Assembly (NCBI GenBank): GCA_045616165.1
Contig: JAZLGF010000023.1
Location: forward strand, 906-64,905
Direction of reading: 5' to 3'
Source: Lachnospiraceae bacterium
GTDB taxonomy: Bacteria; Bacillota; Clostridia; Lachnospirales; Lachnospiraceae
Length of the DNA: 64,000 nt
A program made the position numbers and the translations under genes. The notes below the pieces were generated by a model. It did no database searches. It had not been told where the DNA came from and was given only the letters and a program-made list of their open reading frames with translations. Numbering within the stretch: position 1 is the first letter of the stretch; each line of letters starts with the position of its first letter. Of the stretch, positions 47,020 through 56,838 are shown one piece after another.

Positions 47020-49176
47020 TTATAATATATCAATATCCACAATTGCCTCATTCAGACCTTTTGCCGTTATCTTAAACGTGATTGTTCCAGGATTTTTCGT
47101 TGTTCTTAAAACAGCAAGTGCTTTGCCATTATATGTCATATGCATATTTGAATTATACTTTTCTTCATTCTTTGGATTGCCGTTTCCTAGTGCTAGAAGT
47201 TTGGCACTATTTCCTCCAACAATCTCGACCGTAACTGGAACATCTACAAAAGAAATATTTCCGTCTTCATCTTGAATTTCAATGTTTACATACACCAGCG
47301 AATCACCATCAGACTTTGCTCTGCAAGTCTCTGGTTTTAATACAATTTTTTTTGCTTCTTTATTTGTGCTAAGGCTTATCTTTCCTATTTCCTTGCCATT
47401 TTTATATTCCTTAGCGCAAATTTCGCCGGGTTCATATACTGTATCAAAAGAGACAATATAAGGAATTACTCTTTCTCCTTGACTTCTAGCTTCTTTCCAA
47501 TCTATAACTTTTTGTCTGCATACTTCCTTGCCATTAACAATAAGGCTTACCTCATCCGCCTTTGAATATACTTCTACTCGTATTTGACTACCTTCATAGC
47601 CTGCCCATGTCCAAGATGGCAATACCTCTGGCCAACTCCAATTATTCGGATAGCACGGCATACCAAAAAGTTCTGGCCTTTCAACAAAAATATATGGTCC
47701 TTGGCTATTTCCCATAACAACATCTCGGTAAAAACTTTGCGGTCTTCTGTTGCCAATAATATCCATATCTCCTGTATTAGATGTTAGCCATGGATACGGA
47801 CCTGTAAGCATATGACTCTCTTCATAGTCCATCTTTCCAAGACCGCCTTCTCCAAGAAAATCAATTCCTGTCCAATTAAAATCACCAATTACATATGGCA
47901 ATTTTTCAACTAAAGGCCAATTTCTTCCTATCATTTTAGGAAATGTTTCTGTACCTAGAATAACTCTGTCAGGGAATAGTTTTCCGTCCATTTCATATCT
48001 TGAATCCATGTAGTTATATCCAGCTACATCGACAACTTCATATGACGCTTTTGTATCTTCAGTTACTGCGTTATGCGTCATTACTTCCGTAATATGAGTA
48101 TCAAACGCTGCTATAATCGCTCCAAAATCATTAGGCACTTCTTCTCCATTTGGAAGAATTTCTGCTAATATATCATGCATTTTAGGCATTATAGTAAACA
48201 TTCCATTTATTGAATTTACTGTTAGAAGCTGTGAATCTAATTGTTTTAAGTAACCCACTATTTCTTTACCAAGCTTGATTCCTTCTTCCGTTCCTGTATC
48301 AGATATTTCATTTCCAATAGAATACATGATTACACAAGGATGTTGCTTAACTAAATCCACTGTGCTTTTTAAATCTTTTTTCCACCATTCTTCAAAATAT
48401 CTGCTGTAATCATTTTTCATTTTTGAGTTACGCCACACATCAAAAAGTTCAACAATTACATACATTCCTAATTCATCACAAGCCTCAAGGAAATATCTGC
48501 TTGGTGGATTATGAGCAGTTCTTATGCAGTTATAACCAAGTTCTTTTAATTTGCTAACTTTCCTTAATTCAGCGTCTTTAAGGCTAATAGCACCTATTAT
48601 TCCGTTGTCATGATGAACTCCTGTCCCCTTAAGTTTTATAGGCTTACCATCTATTAACAGTCCCTCTTTTGAACTAACTTTTAAATCATGTCTTTGAGGC
48701 AGCACTGCATAATTTTCTTTCGAGCATTGTTCTTTATCACAAACATGTAAAAAAACAGGTCTTGTAATGCCACCGCCTGAATACCATCTTGTAGTTTCCC
48801 TTAAACTTCTGTCTGCGCATACTCTAATTTTATTTCCACTACCCCAATTTATATATTCAGTAATATCAATTACATATCCCGTATATGCATAAGGCCAGAA
48901 AAAAACTTCTTTATCATTTACATAAAGCGTTGTTTCCTGGCATACTCCTTCAAACTCTATTTTTATTTGCTTGTTTTGCCATTCATTTGGAAATACAAAT
49001 ACTTTTTCATATTCATATTTTTCTCCAACAAAATAGGACTCCTCACCTATATCAGGCGCATTAGGATTTCTGTCACTATTAATCATAGCATCGTGGGGCA
49101 ACCTAATTGGTTCCCCCACATAATACCACTCGTCATTAAAATCTATTTTTTTAAAGGTCTCATATATTTTACTCAT
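47020..49176 (-). CDS. Glycoside hydrolase family 2 protein
   Basis: 718-aa ORF with an N-terminal sugar-binding jelly-roll. The TIM barrel carries NCIRTAHNPP and the acid/base region MYSIGNE. Confidence 0.8.
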   Translation of the reverse strand: MSKIYETFKKIDFNDEWYYVGEPIRLPHDAMINSDRNPNAPDIGEESYFVGEKYEYEKVFVFPNEWQNKQIKIEFEGVCQETTLYVNDKEVFFWPYAYTGYVIDITEYINWGSGNKIRVCADRSLRETTRWYSGGGITRPVFLHVCDKEQCSKENYAVLPQRHDLKVSSKEGLLIDGKPIKLKGTGVHHDNGIIGAISLKDAELRKVSKLKELGYNCIRTAHNPPSRYFLEACDELGMYVIVELFDVWRNSKMKNDYSRYFEEWWKKDLKSTVDLVKQHPCVIMYSIGNEISDTGTEEGIKLGKEIVGYLKQLDSQLLTVNSINGMFTIMPKMHDILAEILPNGEEVPNDFGAIIAAFDTHITEVMTHNAVTEDTKASYEVVDVAGYNYMDSRYEMDGKLFPDRVILGTETFPKMIGRNWPLVEKLPYVIGDFNWTGIDFLGEGGLGKMDYEESHMLTGPYPWLTSNTGDMDIIGNRRPQSFYRDVVMGNSQGPYIFVERPELFGMPCYPNNWSWPEVLPSWTWAGYEGSQIRVEVYSKADEVSLIVNGKEVCRQKVIDWKEARSQGERVIPYIVSFDTVYEPGEICAKEYKNGKEIGKISLSTNKEAKKIVLKPETCRAKSDGDSLVYVNIEIQDEDGNISFVDVPVTVEIVGGNSAKLLALGNGNPKNEEKYNSNMHMTYNGKALAVLRTTKNPGTITFKITAKGLNEAIVDIDIL

Positions 49177-49184
49177 AAGCTTTT

Positions 49185-50372
49185 TTATTTAATTGAATTA
49201 TAGTATGCCAATGCCGCATCTACCGCTGGGCCAGGGCCTTCGTGTTCATGCATATAAGTTTGAAAATCTTTAATATTTTTTCTATATTCTTCGTTAGTTA
49301 AAATATCCTCAATTCCTTTTCTAATAATATCTGAATCTACCTTTGCAAAAAGAGGAACTGCATCACCAATTTTCAAGTTCTTAACCTGCATTGCTGTAAC
49401 TTCCTGCTCATCCATTTGTGGAATACAAAATGTTGGAACTCCCATCCATGTCGCCTCCATAATACTTCCTATTCCGCCATGGCTTACAAAAGCGTCTGTA
49501 GTTTGAAGCATTTTAAGTTGAGGTATGAATTTATATAGATAAACATTTTCTGGAACTTCACCAAATTTTTTCTCATCTACAATATTTCCAATAGAGCAAA
49601 TAACATTTGCATCCATGTCTTTAACAGCATCAAAAAGCATAGGCCAAAAATCAGGCACATTGTTAAATACTGTTCCAAGCGATACATAAATATTTTTCTT
49701 TCCGTTATTAACTGGCTCCCAATCTTTTTCTCCTGCTCTCTCAGCAATTTGTGGGCCTGCAAAAAAGAATCTATCATCAAATGTTTCGCCAGCTGGCTGG
49801 AATTTTTTGTCAACTGTTACTATATTAAAATCAGCACTTCCAGCAAATATCTCTTCTGTTGTAAGTAGTTTTCCGCCATATTTTGCTTGAAGAGTTTCTG
49901 CTAATTTTCTTGCCTCTTTTCTAGGCTCAGTTTCATCTAATTCCTTTGGCCAATACATGCAAGAATTATGATGTTCATTTGCTCCAAAGCTTGTAAAGAA
50001 CTGAATCCTAGGCACATTTAAATATGATGCCACAAGTCTGCCTGCAACTGCCATAGTATCGTTTACAATAAGGTCTGGCTTATCATTTTCAAGTACTTTT
50101 ACAATTCCTTCTACTGCCGCTTCTGCTTCTTTTAAAAATCTTAAAGGAAGTTCTGCCAAAATATTTTCCGTTGCATTTTCATCTCCCTTACCACCTTTAT
50201 TAAGTGGTGATTCCATAGGATAAAAATCCAACTTAAAAGGTTCTACTTGCGCCCTTACAAACTCAGCTGAAAAATACGATACTTTATGTCCTCTTTTAAC
50301 TAATTCTCCACAAAAAGGAAGGCTGGCCAATACATGTCCTACCGCGCCCATTGAAATAAAAGCTACATGCAT
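49185..50372 (-). CDS. GT1 family UDP-glycosyltransferase (MGT/macrolide-glycosyltransferase-like)
   Basis: 395-aa ORF. N-terminus reads FISMGAVGHVLASLPFCGELVKRGHKV. The C-terminal nucleotide-sugar motif reads FVSHGGIGSIMEATWMGVPTFCIPQMDEQ. Confidence 0.8.
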   Translation of the reverse strand: MHVAFISMGAVGHVLASLPFCGELVKRGHKVSYFSAEFVRAQVEPFKLDFYPMESPLNKGGKGDENATENILAELPLRFLKEAEAAVEGIVKVLENDKPDLIVNDTMAVAGRLVASYLNVPRIQFFTSFGANEHHNSCMYWPKELDETEPRKEARKLAETLQAKYGGKLLTTEEIFAGSADFNIVTVDKKFQPAGETFDDRFFFAGPQIAERAGEKDWEPVNNGKKNIYVSLGTVFNNVPDFWPMLFDAVKDMDANVICSIGNIVDEKKFGEVPENVYLYKFIPQLKMLQTTDAFVSHGGIGSIMEATWMGVPTFCIPQMDEQEVTAMQVKNLKIGDAVPLFAKVDSDIIRKGIEDILTNEEYRKNIKDFQTYMHEHEGPGPAVDAALAYYNSIK

Positions 50373-51220
50373 ATTTTTTCTCCTCTCAATTCCATTAATT
50401 GATCCTTAAATACAAACGCGCTTGCTTTTTTGTATCTTATTCGAACAAGTTTGCTTGCAATAATATCCATTTCAATATATTTATGTTCTAATGAATCGCA
50501 AATTGTAGTTTCGCCGTTATAAACACCTTTTACTAACCCTTCGAAATCATCAATATAACTCTTGTCCATTGGCGCTCCATTATGATTGCCAAGAAGCCAA
50601 TCATATTCGCTATCTAATGACTTAACAAATTCAAGATTATCTAAATAATTTTTTAATGCTACGTCTGTGCTAAACTCATTTTCTTCATCATTTGAATTGT
50701 CATAAAGGAGTACTTGCCAAGAATCTATCTCGTCTCCCATAAACAAAAGTCTTTCTTTTCTATCTAATAGATATAAACTTGAATTTGAATGACAATCTTT
50801 GGCATTGAATATTTCTATTACTCTTCCGCCTAAATCGATAACATCACCTGTACCAACTTCTATCTTTTCATAATTTGGAAAAGGCAACGCGTCAGGATTT
50901 CCCGTTGTCTTTAAAATACTTTTTTCATCTTTTTTCCAACCAGCACTTACGTAAACTTTTTCCCACTCTCCGTTTCCACCTGCATGGTCAGGATGAAAAT
51001 GCGTATTTATTACTTCTATCGGCTTATTTGTCAATTTCTCAACAAATGTTCTAAGATTTCCTATTGCATATCCTGTATCAACTAGAAGTGCTTTTTCTTC
51101 GCCTTCTAGTAGATATAAAAATTGCGAACCGCCCATGAAACTAATAAACCATGTGTCCGGTTTAGCCATCCAAGCAAAATAATTTCCAAAAATTTCTTCC
51201 ATTTTCATTTTCTCATCCAT
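50363..51220 (-). CDS. MBL-fold metallo-hydrolase
   Basis: 285-aa ORF with the HxHxDH motif HFHPDHAGG. It overlaps both neighbouring genes. Confidence 0.8.
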   Translation of the reverse strand: MDEKMKMEEIFGNYFAWMAKPDTWFISFMGGSQFLYLLEGEEKALLVDTGYAIGNLRTFVEKLTNKPIEVINTHFHPDHAGGNGEWEKVYVSAGWKKDEKSILKTTGNPDALPFPNYEKIEVGTGDVIDLGGRVIEIFNAKDCHSNSSLYLLDRKERLLFMGDEIDSWQVLLYDNSNDEENEFSTDVALKNYLDNLEFVKSLDSEYDWLLGNHNGAPMDKSYIDDFEGLVKGVYNGETTICDSLEHKYIEMDIIASKLVRIRYKKASAFVFKDQLMELRGEKICM

Positions 51221-53435
51221 AAATAACCTCTACTTCTTTAGGTGCATCCACCTTGATTTCATTTTCATTCCACTTTATAGTTATCCAACCATATTGTGTT
51301 TTATAACGAGTTGTACAATCAGTTAGGCCATAGTCTTTAAGTATTTGTCTATCTGGAGCTACTTTTATTTTTTTATACCCTGGAAGCAGTGGCTTAAGTC
51401 CTCCAATGTGTTCATACATCCATATTCCTACGCATCCAAACGCATAATGGTTATAGGAATAATCTGTTACTGTGCCATCTTTTCGAATTGCATTCCAGTT
51501 TTCCCATATAGTTGTGGCTCCCTTTGTTACCATATAAAGCCAACTAGGTTGGTTTGTATTAAAAAGAACTTTGTATGCCAAATCTTCATATCCGTTTTCA
51601 TATAAAACTTCTAATAAATATGGCACGCTTGCAAAACCAGTATCAAGGCAATTATTATTTTCTTCAATCAAACATACAAGTTTTCGCAATACCTTTTCTT
51701 TTAAATCTAACTTATTATCTAAGGCTCCTGATTTTATTGCTATTACATACTGCCCTTGCAAAGTTTTGCTACATACGCTTCCATCCTCAGAAATATAATC
51801 ATTCAATATCTTATTTTGGGTTTCAGAAAGCTTTTCAATATAATGTGATGCATCTTCATTAAGCACTTCGCATACTTCAATCATGCTGTTAAGGGTTATG
51901 CAGTAATAACACCACGCAACAAGTTCTGCTGTTGCCATTGCGCCCTTCATAGGTCCATCTGGTTGTTCTCTAAGCGACGGGATTAACCAATCCCCAAAAT
52001 GCATTAAATGGCCCCAATCAACGCTTTCAATATATTCAAGCCACCTCTTCATGGTCTCAAAGTTATCTCTTAAAACAGTTGCATCGCCATAAATCTTATA
52101 TAAATATAGCGGAAGTATTACGCAAACATCTGACCATGCAGCGCATGAGCTTGTTTTGCTTATCATCCTTTGCATTGCATCCTGTGCTGGATGATTAGGA
52201 ATTACAACTGGCACTTCTCCATTATCCAACTGGTCTAGACGAAGTTGGAACAACCATGTTTCCAAGAATTGCTTAAGATCAAATAAAAATGCTCCTGTAG
52301 GTGCAAAAGCGAGAATATCTCCTGTCCATCCCATTCTTTCTCTTTGAGGACAATCAGTAGGCACGCTCATCATATTTGATATTTCGCTCCATGTTATTGC
52401 ATGTTGTAATTTATTGATAAGTTCATGATTAGTTGTAAATTCGCCTACTCTTTCCAGCGGTGTTCCTATAACTTTTATTTTTGCACTAATTATATTTTCT
52501 TTTTCAAGTCCAGTTATTTTTACATACCTAAAACCGTGGAAAGTAAAAATCGGACAAAGGGTTGTTCCTTTAGATTTTTCGTCAACGATAAAAACATCCC
52601 TTTGATCTTTAAACCGTCCTATTATATTTCTTCTGAAATTTCCTTCTTTTGATAATACTTCAGCATGTTCCAAAACTATTTCTGTTTTTTTATTTACATC
52701 AACTTTTAATTCAACAACACCAGCACATACCTGACCAAAATCAAGCACCATATCTCCTTCTGGAGTTATTATGAGTTCTTTCATAGGTAATTCATCAATA
52801 TATTTCATTGATGGAGTTGGTTGTAGTTTTAAAATATCTTTAGGGTAATCTGCTTCAAAGCAAGGCTCCCACTTAGCTTCTTCGGAGCATAAATCCCATT
52901 TTTCACCAATATATAAATCTGAATACTTAATAAAAAAATTTCTTGATACTGCTGTATCATCAATAGGAATTATTTTTTTTCCAACTTCTATTTGACCAAT
53001 AAAGCCTAATTTGTTTCCGTACTGGCAGCTTTCTCCGTTAAGACCTACTCTTCCAATGTACCAACCATCTGCCAGATATATTCTTAAATCATTTTTTCCA
53101 CACTTTAGCTGTTTTGAAATATTGTATGTTTGATACCATATAAGTTTGTTGTAATTAGTAGTTTCCGGAGCGAGAAATGCATCACCTATTTTTTCTCCGT
53201 TTAGTCTTAATTCATAAACGCCATGAGCTGATGCACAAATAAACGCAACTTCATTTAAATTTTCAGAATCTATAAAAAACTCAAATTTTATTTCTTTGCA
53301 TGGTTTTAAATCGATACTTCCATCGCCAAACTCTGTCCCCGGAAGAATAGATTCTTCTAGTGTAAGAGGCAATTCTTCAATTGCCTCTTCTTGTGTGGGT
53401 TCTATCCAGTTTGCTTGCCATTTTTTTACATTCAT
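51213..53435 (-). CDS. Glycoside hydrolase family 78 (alpha-L-rhamnosidase-like)
   Basis: 740-aa ORF with the typical N-terminus W.ANWIEP and an (alpha/alpha)6 catalytic-domain region (DCPQRERMGWTGD). Confidence 0.8.
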   Translation of the reverse strand: MNVKKWQANWIEPTQEEAIEELPLTLEESILPGTEFGDGSIDLKPCKEIKFEFFIDSENLNEVAFICASAHGVYELRLNGEKIGDAFLAPETTNYNKLIWYQTYNISKQLKCGKNDLRIYLADGWYIGRVGLNGESCQYGNKLGFIGQIEVGKKIIPIDDTAVSRNFFIKYSDLYIGEKWDLCSEEAKWEPCFEADYPKDILKLQPTPSMKYIDELPMKELIITPEGDMVLDFGQVCAGVVELKVDVNKKTEIVLEHAEVLSKEGNFRRNIIGRFKDQRDVFIVDEKSKGTTLCPIFTFHGFRYVKITGLEKENIISAKIKVIGTPLERVGEFTTNHELINKLQHAITWSEISNMMSVPTDCPQRERMGWTGDILAFAPTGAFLFDLKQFLETWLFQLRLDQLDNGEVPVVIPNHPAQDAMQRMISKTSSCAAWSDVCVILPLYLYKIYGDATVLRDNFETMKRWLEYIESVDWGHLMHFGDWLIPSLREQPDGPMKGAMATAELVAWCYYCITLNSMIEVCEVLNEDASHYIEKLSETQNKILNDYISEDGSVCSKTLQGQYVIAIKSGALDNKLDLKEKVLRKLVCLIEENNNCLDTGFASVPYLLEVLYENGYEDLAYKVLFNTNQPSWLYMVTKGATTIWENWNAIRKDGTVTDYSYNHYAFGCVGIWMYEHIGGLKPLLPGYKKIKVAPDRQILKDYGLTDCTTRYKTQYGWITIKWNENEIKVDAPKEVEVIYG

Positions 53436-53465
53436 AATTAAAGGAGAATATCTTATTAAAAAGGA

Positions 53466-54491
53466 TTAATTTTGTGTTTGCGCAAATTCACTCAATTTTT
53501 TAGCATTTTCAGCTTTTATCTTTTTAGCCTTAAACATTTTTATTTCATCAAGTTTATAACTGTTTGAAGAATAGATAAGGAAGATACAAACTAAAACGCC
53601 AATAATTACTTGTTGCCAGGAATTAGAAAGTCTCATGTTACTAAGTCCTGAGAAAATAAACGCCTGGGTAATAGAGCCCATAAATACTGCTATTGGTTGG
53701 CTTGTAAGTTTGCCAAAAATTGCACCAATGAACATCGGCAAAAATGCATTCATAAAATATGACGAAGAAGTAAGACCAGTTGATGGATCAATAAAACCAA
53801 TGTTACTTATGTAAACCATACCTGCCATACCCATTAGTGCGCCAGCAATAGCATAGCAATAAACTGCATTTTTCTTTTCTTTAATTCCAACATCAACAGC
53901 AATTTTTTGTCCGCTTGCAAGTGCACGTCTGTTATAACCAATTTTTGAATAGTCATAAACGATTACTAAAAGTGCAACAACAATCAACATTAAAATTATT
54001 CCGTATGGCCATCTAGCCCAAATAAGAATATTTATCTTACCAATCATACGTATACCCTTAGAATTGTTAACAATGAATCCCAAAGCTTCATATATCATTG
54101 CTAAACCAAGAGAAACAACCATTGGTGGCAATTCTAAAAGCACGTAAACGATTCCTGAAATAAGTCCAAAAATAGTTGCAACAATAACTACGATTAAAAA
54201 GAATCCTAACCAGCTTGCTCCCATATCCTTTGCAATATTTCCACCAATTATTGATGAAACTACAAGGTTAGCACCAAGTGCAAAATCGAAACGTCCAGTC
54301 TGCAAATTAATTGTCATTGCCTGGGCAACCAAACCCGAAAAAACTGCCGAATACATCATTGACTGTATATCGGATCCTACTCCATACCCTGAAAAGCCCA
54401 AAGCTCTTGTGAGTATAAAGAAAAACAGATATGTTCCTACAGGAAGAATCAATGTTATTCCAATATTTTTTAATAATTTAGTTGCCTTCAT
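53466..54491 (-). CDS. Sugar ABC transporter permease (CUT2/RbsC-like)
   Basis: 341-aa polytopic ORF in the operon with the RbsA-like ATPase. Confidence 0.75.
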   Translation of the reverse strand: MKATKLLKNIGITLILPVGTYLFFFILTRALGFSGYGVGSDIQSMMYSAVFSGLVAQAMTINLQTGRFDFALGANLVVSSIIGGNIAKDMGASWLGFFLIVVIVATIFGLISGIVYVLLELPPMVVSLGLAMIYEALGFIVNNSKGIRMIGKINILIWARWPYGIILMLIVVALLVIVYDYSKIGYNRRALASGQKIAVDVGIKEKKNAVYCYAIAGALMGMAGMVYISNIGFIDPSTGLTSSSYFMNAFLPMFIGAIFGKLTSQPIAVFMGSITQAFIFSGLSNMRLSNSWQQVIIGVLVCIFLIYSSNSYKLDEIKMFKAKKIKAENAKKLSEFAQTQN

Positions 54492-54534
54492 AATACTAAT
54501 CCTCTTTAATAGTATTTTCTTAACTTTACTTGTT

Positions 54535-54577
54535 TACAAAAAATCTTCCCGGAGCCTACCTTTTACGGCAGGCTCCG
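54535..54577 (-). terminator. Intra-operon GC-rich stem-loop after the binding-protein gene (partial terminator or mRNA stabiliser)
   Basis: Stem CGGAGCCT/AGGCTCCG (54550-54557 / 54570-54577). A T-run follows a few nt downstream on the minus strand. Confidence 0.5.
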
Positions 54578-54597
54578 TTCAATATTTTAATTAATTT

Positions 54598-55767
54598 TTA
54601 CTTTAATCCTGCTAATGCCTGATCAAGAGTCTTATTGTAAAGAGCAATTTCATCTTCTAAAGTTGCATCTGGGTTGTAAGCTTTGATTACATTAGCAACG
54701 TCTTCTGCTGATGCGAAGAAGTTTCCATCCTGATGGAATTCATAAACCGCATTAAACTCTTCTGGATTTGTAATTAACCAACGTTGAACTGGCATACGAA
54801 GAGGTGCACCTGCTTCATCTTGTGTAAGTTCTTGGTTACCAAGTACTGCGTTCATAATCATAGCGAAATGACATCCAAATACTAATTCTTCGCAGTCATA
54901 AACTAATGCTTCAATACATCCTGCATTCATAAAGTCAACATATGCATCTGAAACTTCACCGATTGCTGCCATAGCAAATGGATTTCCTGCTTGAAGTCTT
55001 TCACCTTCAGCCTGGAAGAATAATGCAATATTAAATGATGAAGCTACAGCATCAAAATCTTGTGCAAGCATCTGACCTTGTGAAATAAACCATTCGTCGC
55101 CTTCTGGGAATCCTTCAAGAATATCTGTTGCTGGATTGAATTTGTCATATCCACCATCTTTAAGTCCTTGTAAGAAACCTTCTTGACGATCTTTGAAGAA
55201 CTGAACGAAAGCAGCTCCACCATTACAATACATAATGTGTTTGTGATTTTTCTCTGCTAATGCTTTTCCTAAAAGATATCCGCCATAGTAATCGCCGTTA
55301 ACTTCTTGACCATTAACTTCTGCTGTAAGCTTATAGCATCCAAGATACTTTGGATTATCTTTAACGTCTTCATAAGCATCTCCTGTACCTATGTAGTACA
55401 TTCCACGTTCTGTACATGCTTTAATTGTTTCAGCAAGACCAAGGTTGTAGTATCCGAAGAATGCTTGGCAACCTGCGTCAGCACATCTGTTAACGAAATC
55501 CATTTCAGCTTCTGCATCAGCAATTGATTCTGAATACATGAATTCAACATTAAAGTGTTCTGCAAGATAGTCAAAATATTTTTGCATTTCAAGAGTCTGC
55601 TCATCTGTTGTATCATATAATTCAACACCAATTTTTACTGTTTCTTCTGGCCATGAACCATCTAATTTTGATTCGCCATCAGAACTCTTTCCGTCCTTCT
55701 TGCCACCGCAAGCTACGAGCATTACGACCATAGCTGCAGTTAACAATATAGCTAGTAATTTTTTCAT
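54598..55767 (-). CDS. ABC transporter substrate-binding lipoprotein (type 1 periplasmic binding fold, CUT2-like)
   Basis: Lipobox LVACGG. 389 aa, located between the two permease genes. Confidence 0.7.
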   Translation of the reverse strand: MKKLLAILLTAAMVVMLVACGGKKDGKSSDGESKLDGSWPEETVKIGVELYDTTDEQTLEMQKYFDYLAEHFNVEFMYSESIADAEAEMDFVNRCADAGCQAFFGYYNLGLAETIKACTERGMYYIGTGDAYEDVKDNPKYLGCYKLTAEVNGQEVNGDYYGGYLLGKALAEKNHKHIMYCNGGAAFVQFFKDRQEGFLQGLKDGGYDKFNPATDILEGFPEGDEWFISQGQMLAQDFDAVASSFNIALFFQAEGERLQAGNPFAMAAIGEVSDAYVDFMNAGCIEALVYDCEELVFGCHFAMIMNAVLGNQELTQDEAGAPLRMPVQRWLITNPEEFNAVYEFHQDGNFFASAEDVANVIKAYNPDATLEDEIALYNKTLDQALAGLK

Positions 55768-55807
55768 GTTTACCCCTCCTTAAGGTTAATTAACATTAAA
55801 ATATATA

Positions 55808-56794
55808 TTACCTCGGAAGTAGTCTTGTTCTATAACTAAGACTGCTTACCAAAACAACCACGATAAAAATAATTCCTCTGATGATTTGTATCTGGCCTGT
55901 ATCAAGACCCATCATCGTAAGACCTGTATTTAAAACTGTAATGGTTACCGCGCCAACAAGTCCTGCACTAATCTTAGATTTTGGACCACCCGAAAGAGGC
56001 ATACCACCAAGTACAAGTGCAACCATTACATTATTTCCCAATGCTCCACCGGTAGATGACGTAACTGTTCTTGTTCTAATCATTATAAGAAAGGCTGCAA
56101 TCGCAACACCTATTGATCCAATTAAGAAAACGATATATGTAATTTTTTTTGTGGAAATACCGCTTTGCTTAGTAGCAAAAATATTACCACCCATATTTTT
56201 TGCTTCTAATCCTAATGGGGTATAATTAAACAAGAATAAACAAATCAGAAAAAATACAATTAACACAGCAACACTAATCATAGACATCTGAGTAAATGTA
56301 AATTCCGGTATAGGGTTTACAGAATCTACCAACCTTAATGTCGTAGCACTTCCCATCATAGCTAAAGTAAGAGCTGCAAAAATTGAACCTAAAATGATTG
56401 TGAAAATAAAGAACGGTACGTTTACATGTGTTGCAAGAATACTTTTTATTACGCCAATCGCTACAGAAACACCAAGTATTACAAGGCCTCCCAAAAGAAG
56501 ATTGCCTGTTGAGATTGTTACCATTGTTCCTAAAACAGCTGACATACAAAGGCTTCCGCCTAATGACATATCAAAATATCCTGCGGAAAAAATAAATACA
56601 GCACCTATTGTACATATCGCTGTAGTCAGCACACTAGAAGACATACTCTGCAAACTATCAGTCGAAAGTAATTTCCAATTGGTTAAAAATCCAAAAACTA
56701 TAATTACCAATACAAGCCCCGCATAAGGTGCTATATTGCCAATTAAACGCGCATCAACTTTTGATGTCTTTTTCTTTTTTGTTGCTTCGTCCAT
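55808..56794 (-). CDS. Sugar ABC transporter permease (CUT2/RbsC-like)
   Basis: 328-aa polytopic ORF. Confidence 0.75.
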   Translation of the reverse strand: MDEATKKKKTSKVDARLIGNIAPYAGLVLVIIVFGFLTNWKLLSTDSLQSMSSSVLTTAICTIGAVFIFSAGYFDMSLGGSLCMSAVLGTMVTISTGNLLLGGLVILGVSVAIGVIKSILATHVNVPFFIFTIILGSIFAALTLAMMGSATTLRLVDSVNPIPEFTFTQMSMISVAVLIVFFLICLFLFNYTPLGLEAKNMGGNIFATKQSGISTKKITYIVFLIGSIGVAIAAFLIMIRTRTVTSSTGGALGNNVMVALVLGGMPLSGGPKSKISAGLVGAVTITVLNTGLTMMGLDTGQIQIIRGIIFIVVVLVSSLSYRTRLLPR

Positions 56795-56838
56795 ACCAGT
56801 TCTCCTTAAATGCGAACATTCATTATATGGGTTAATAA

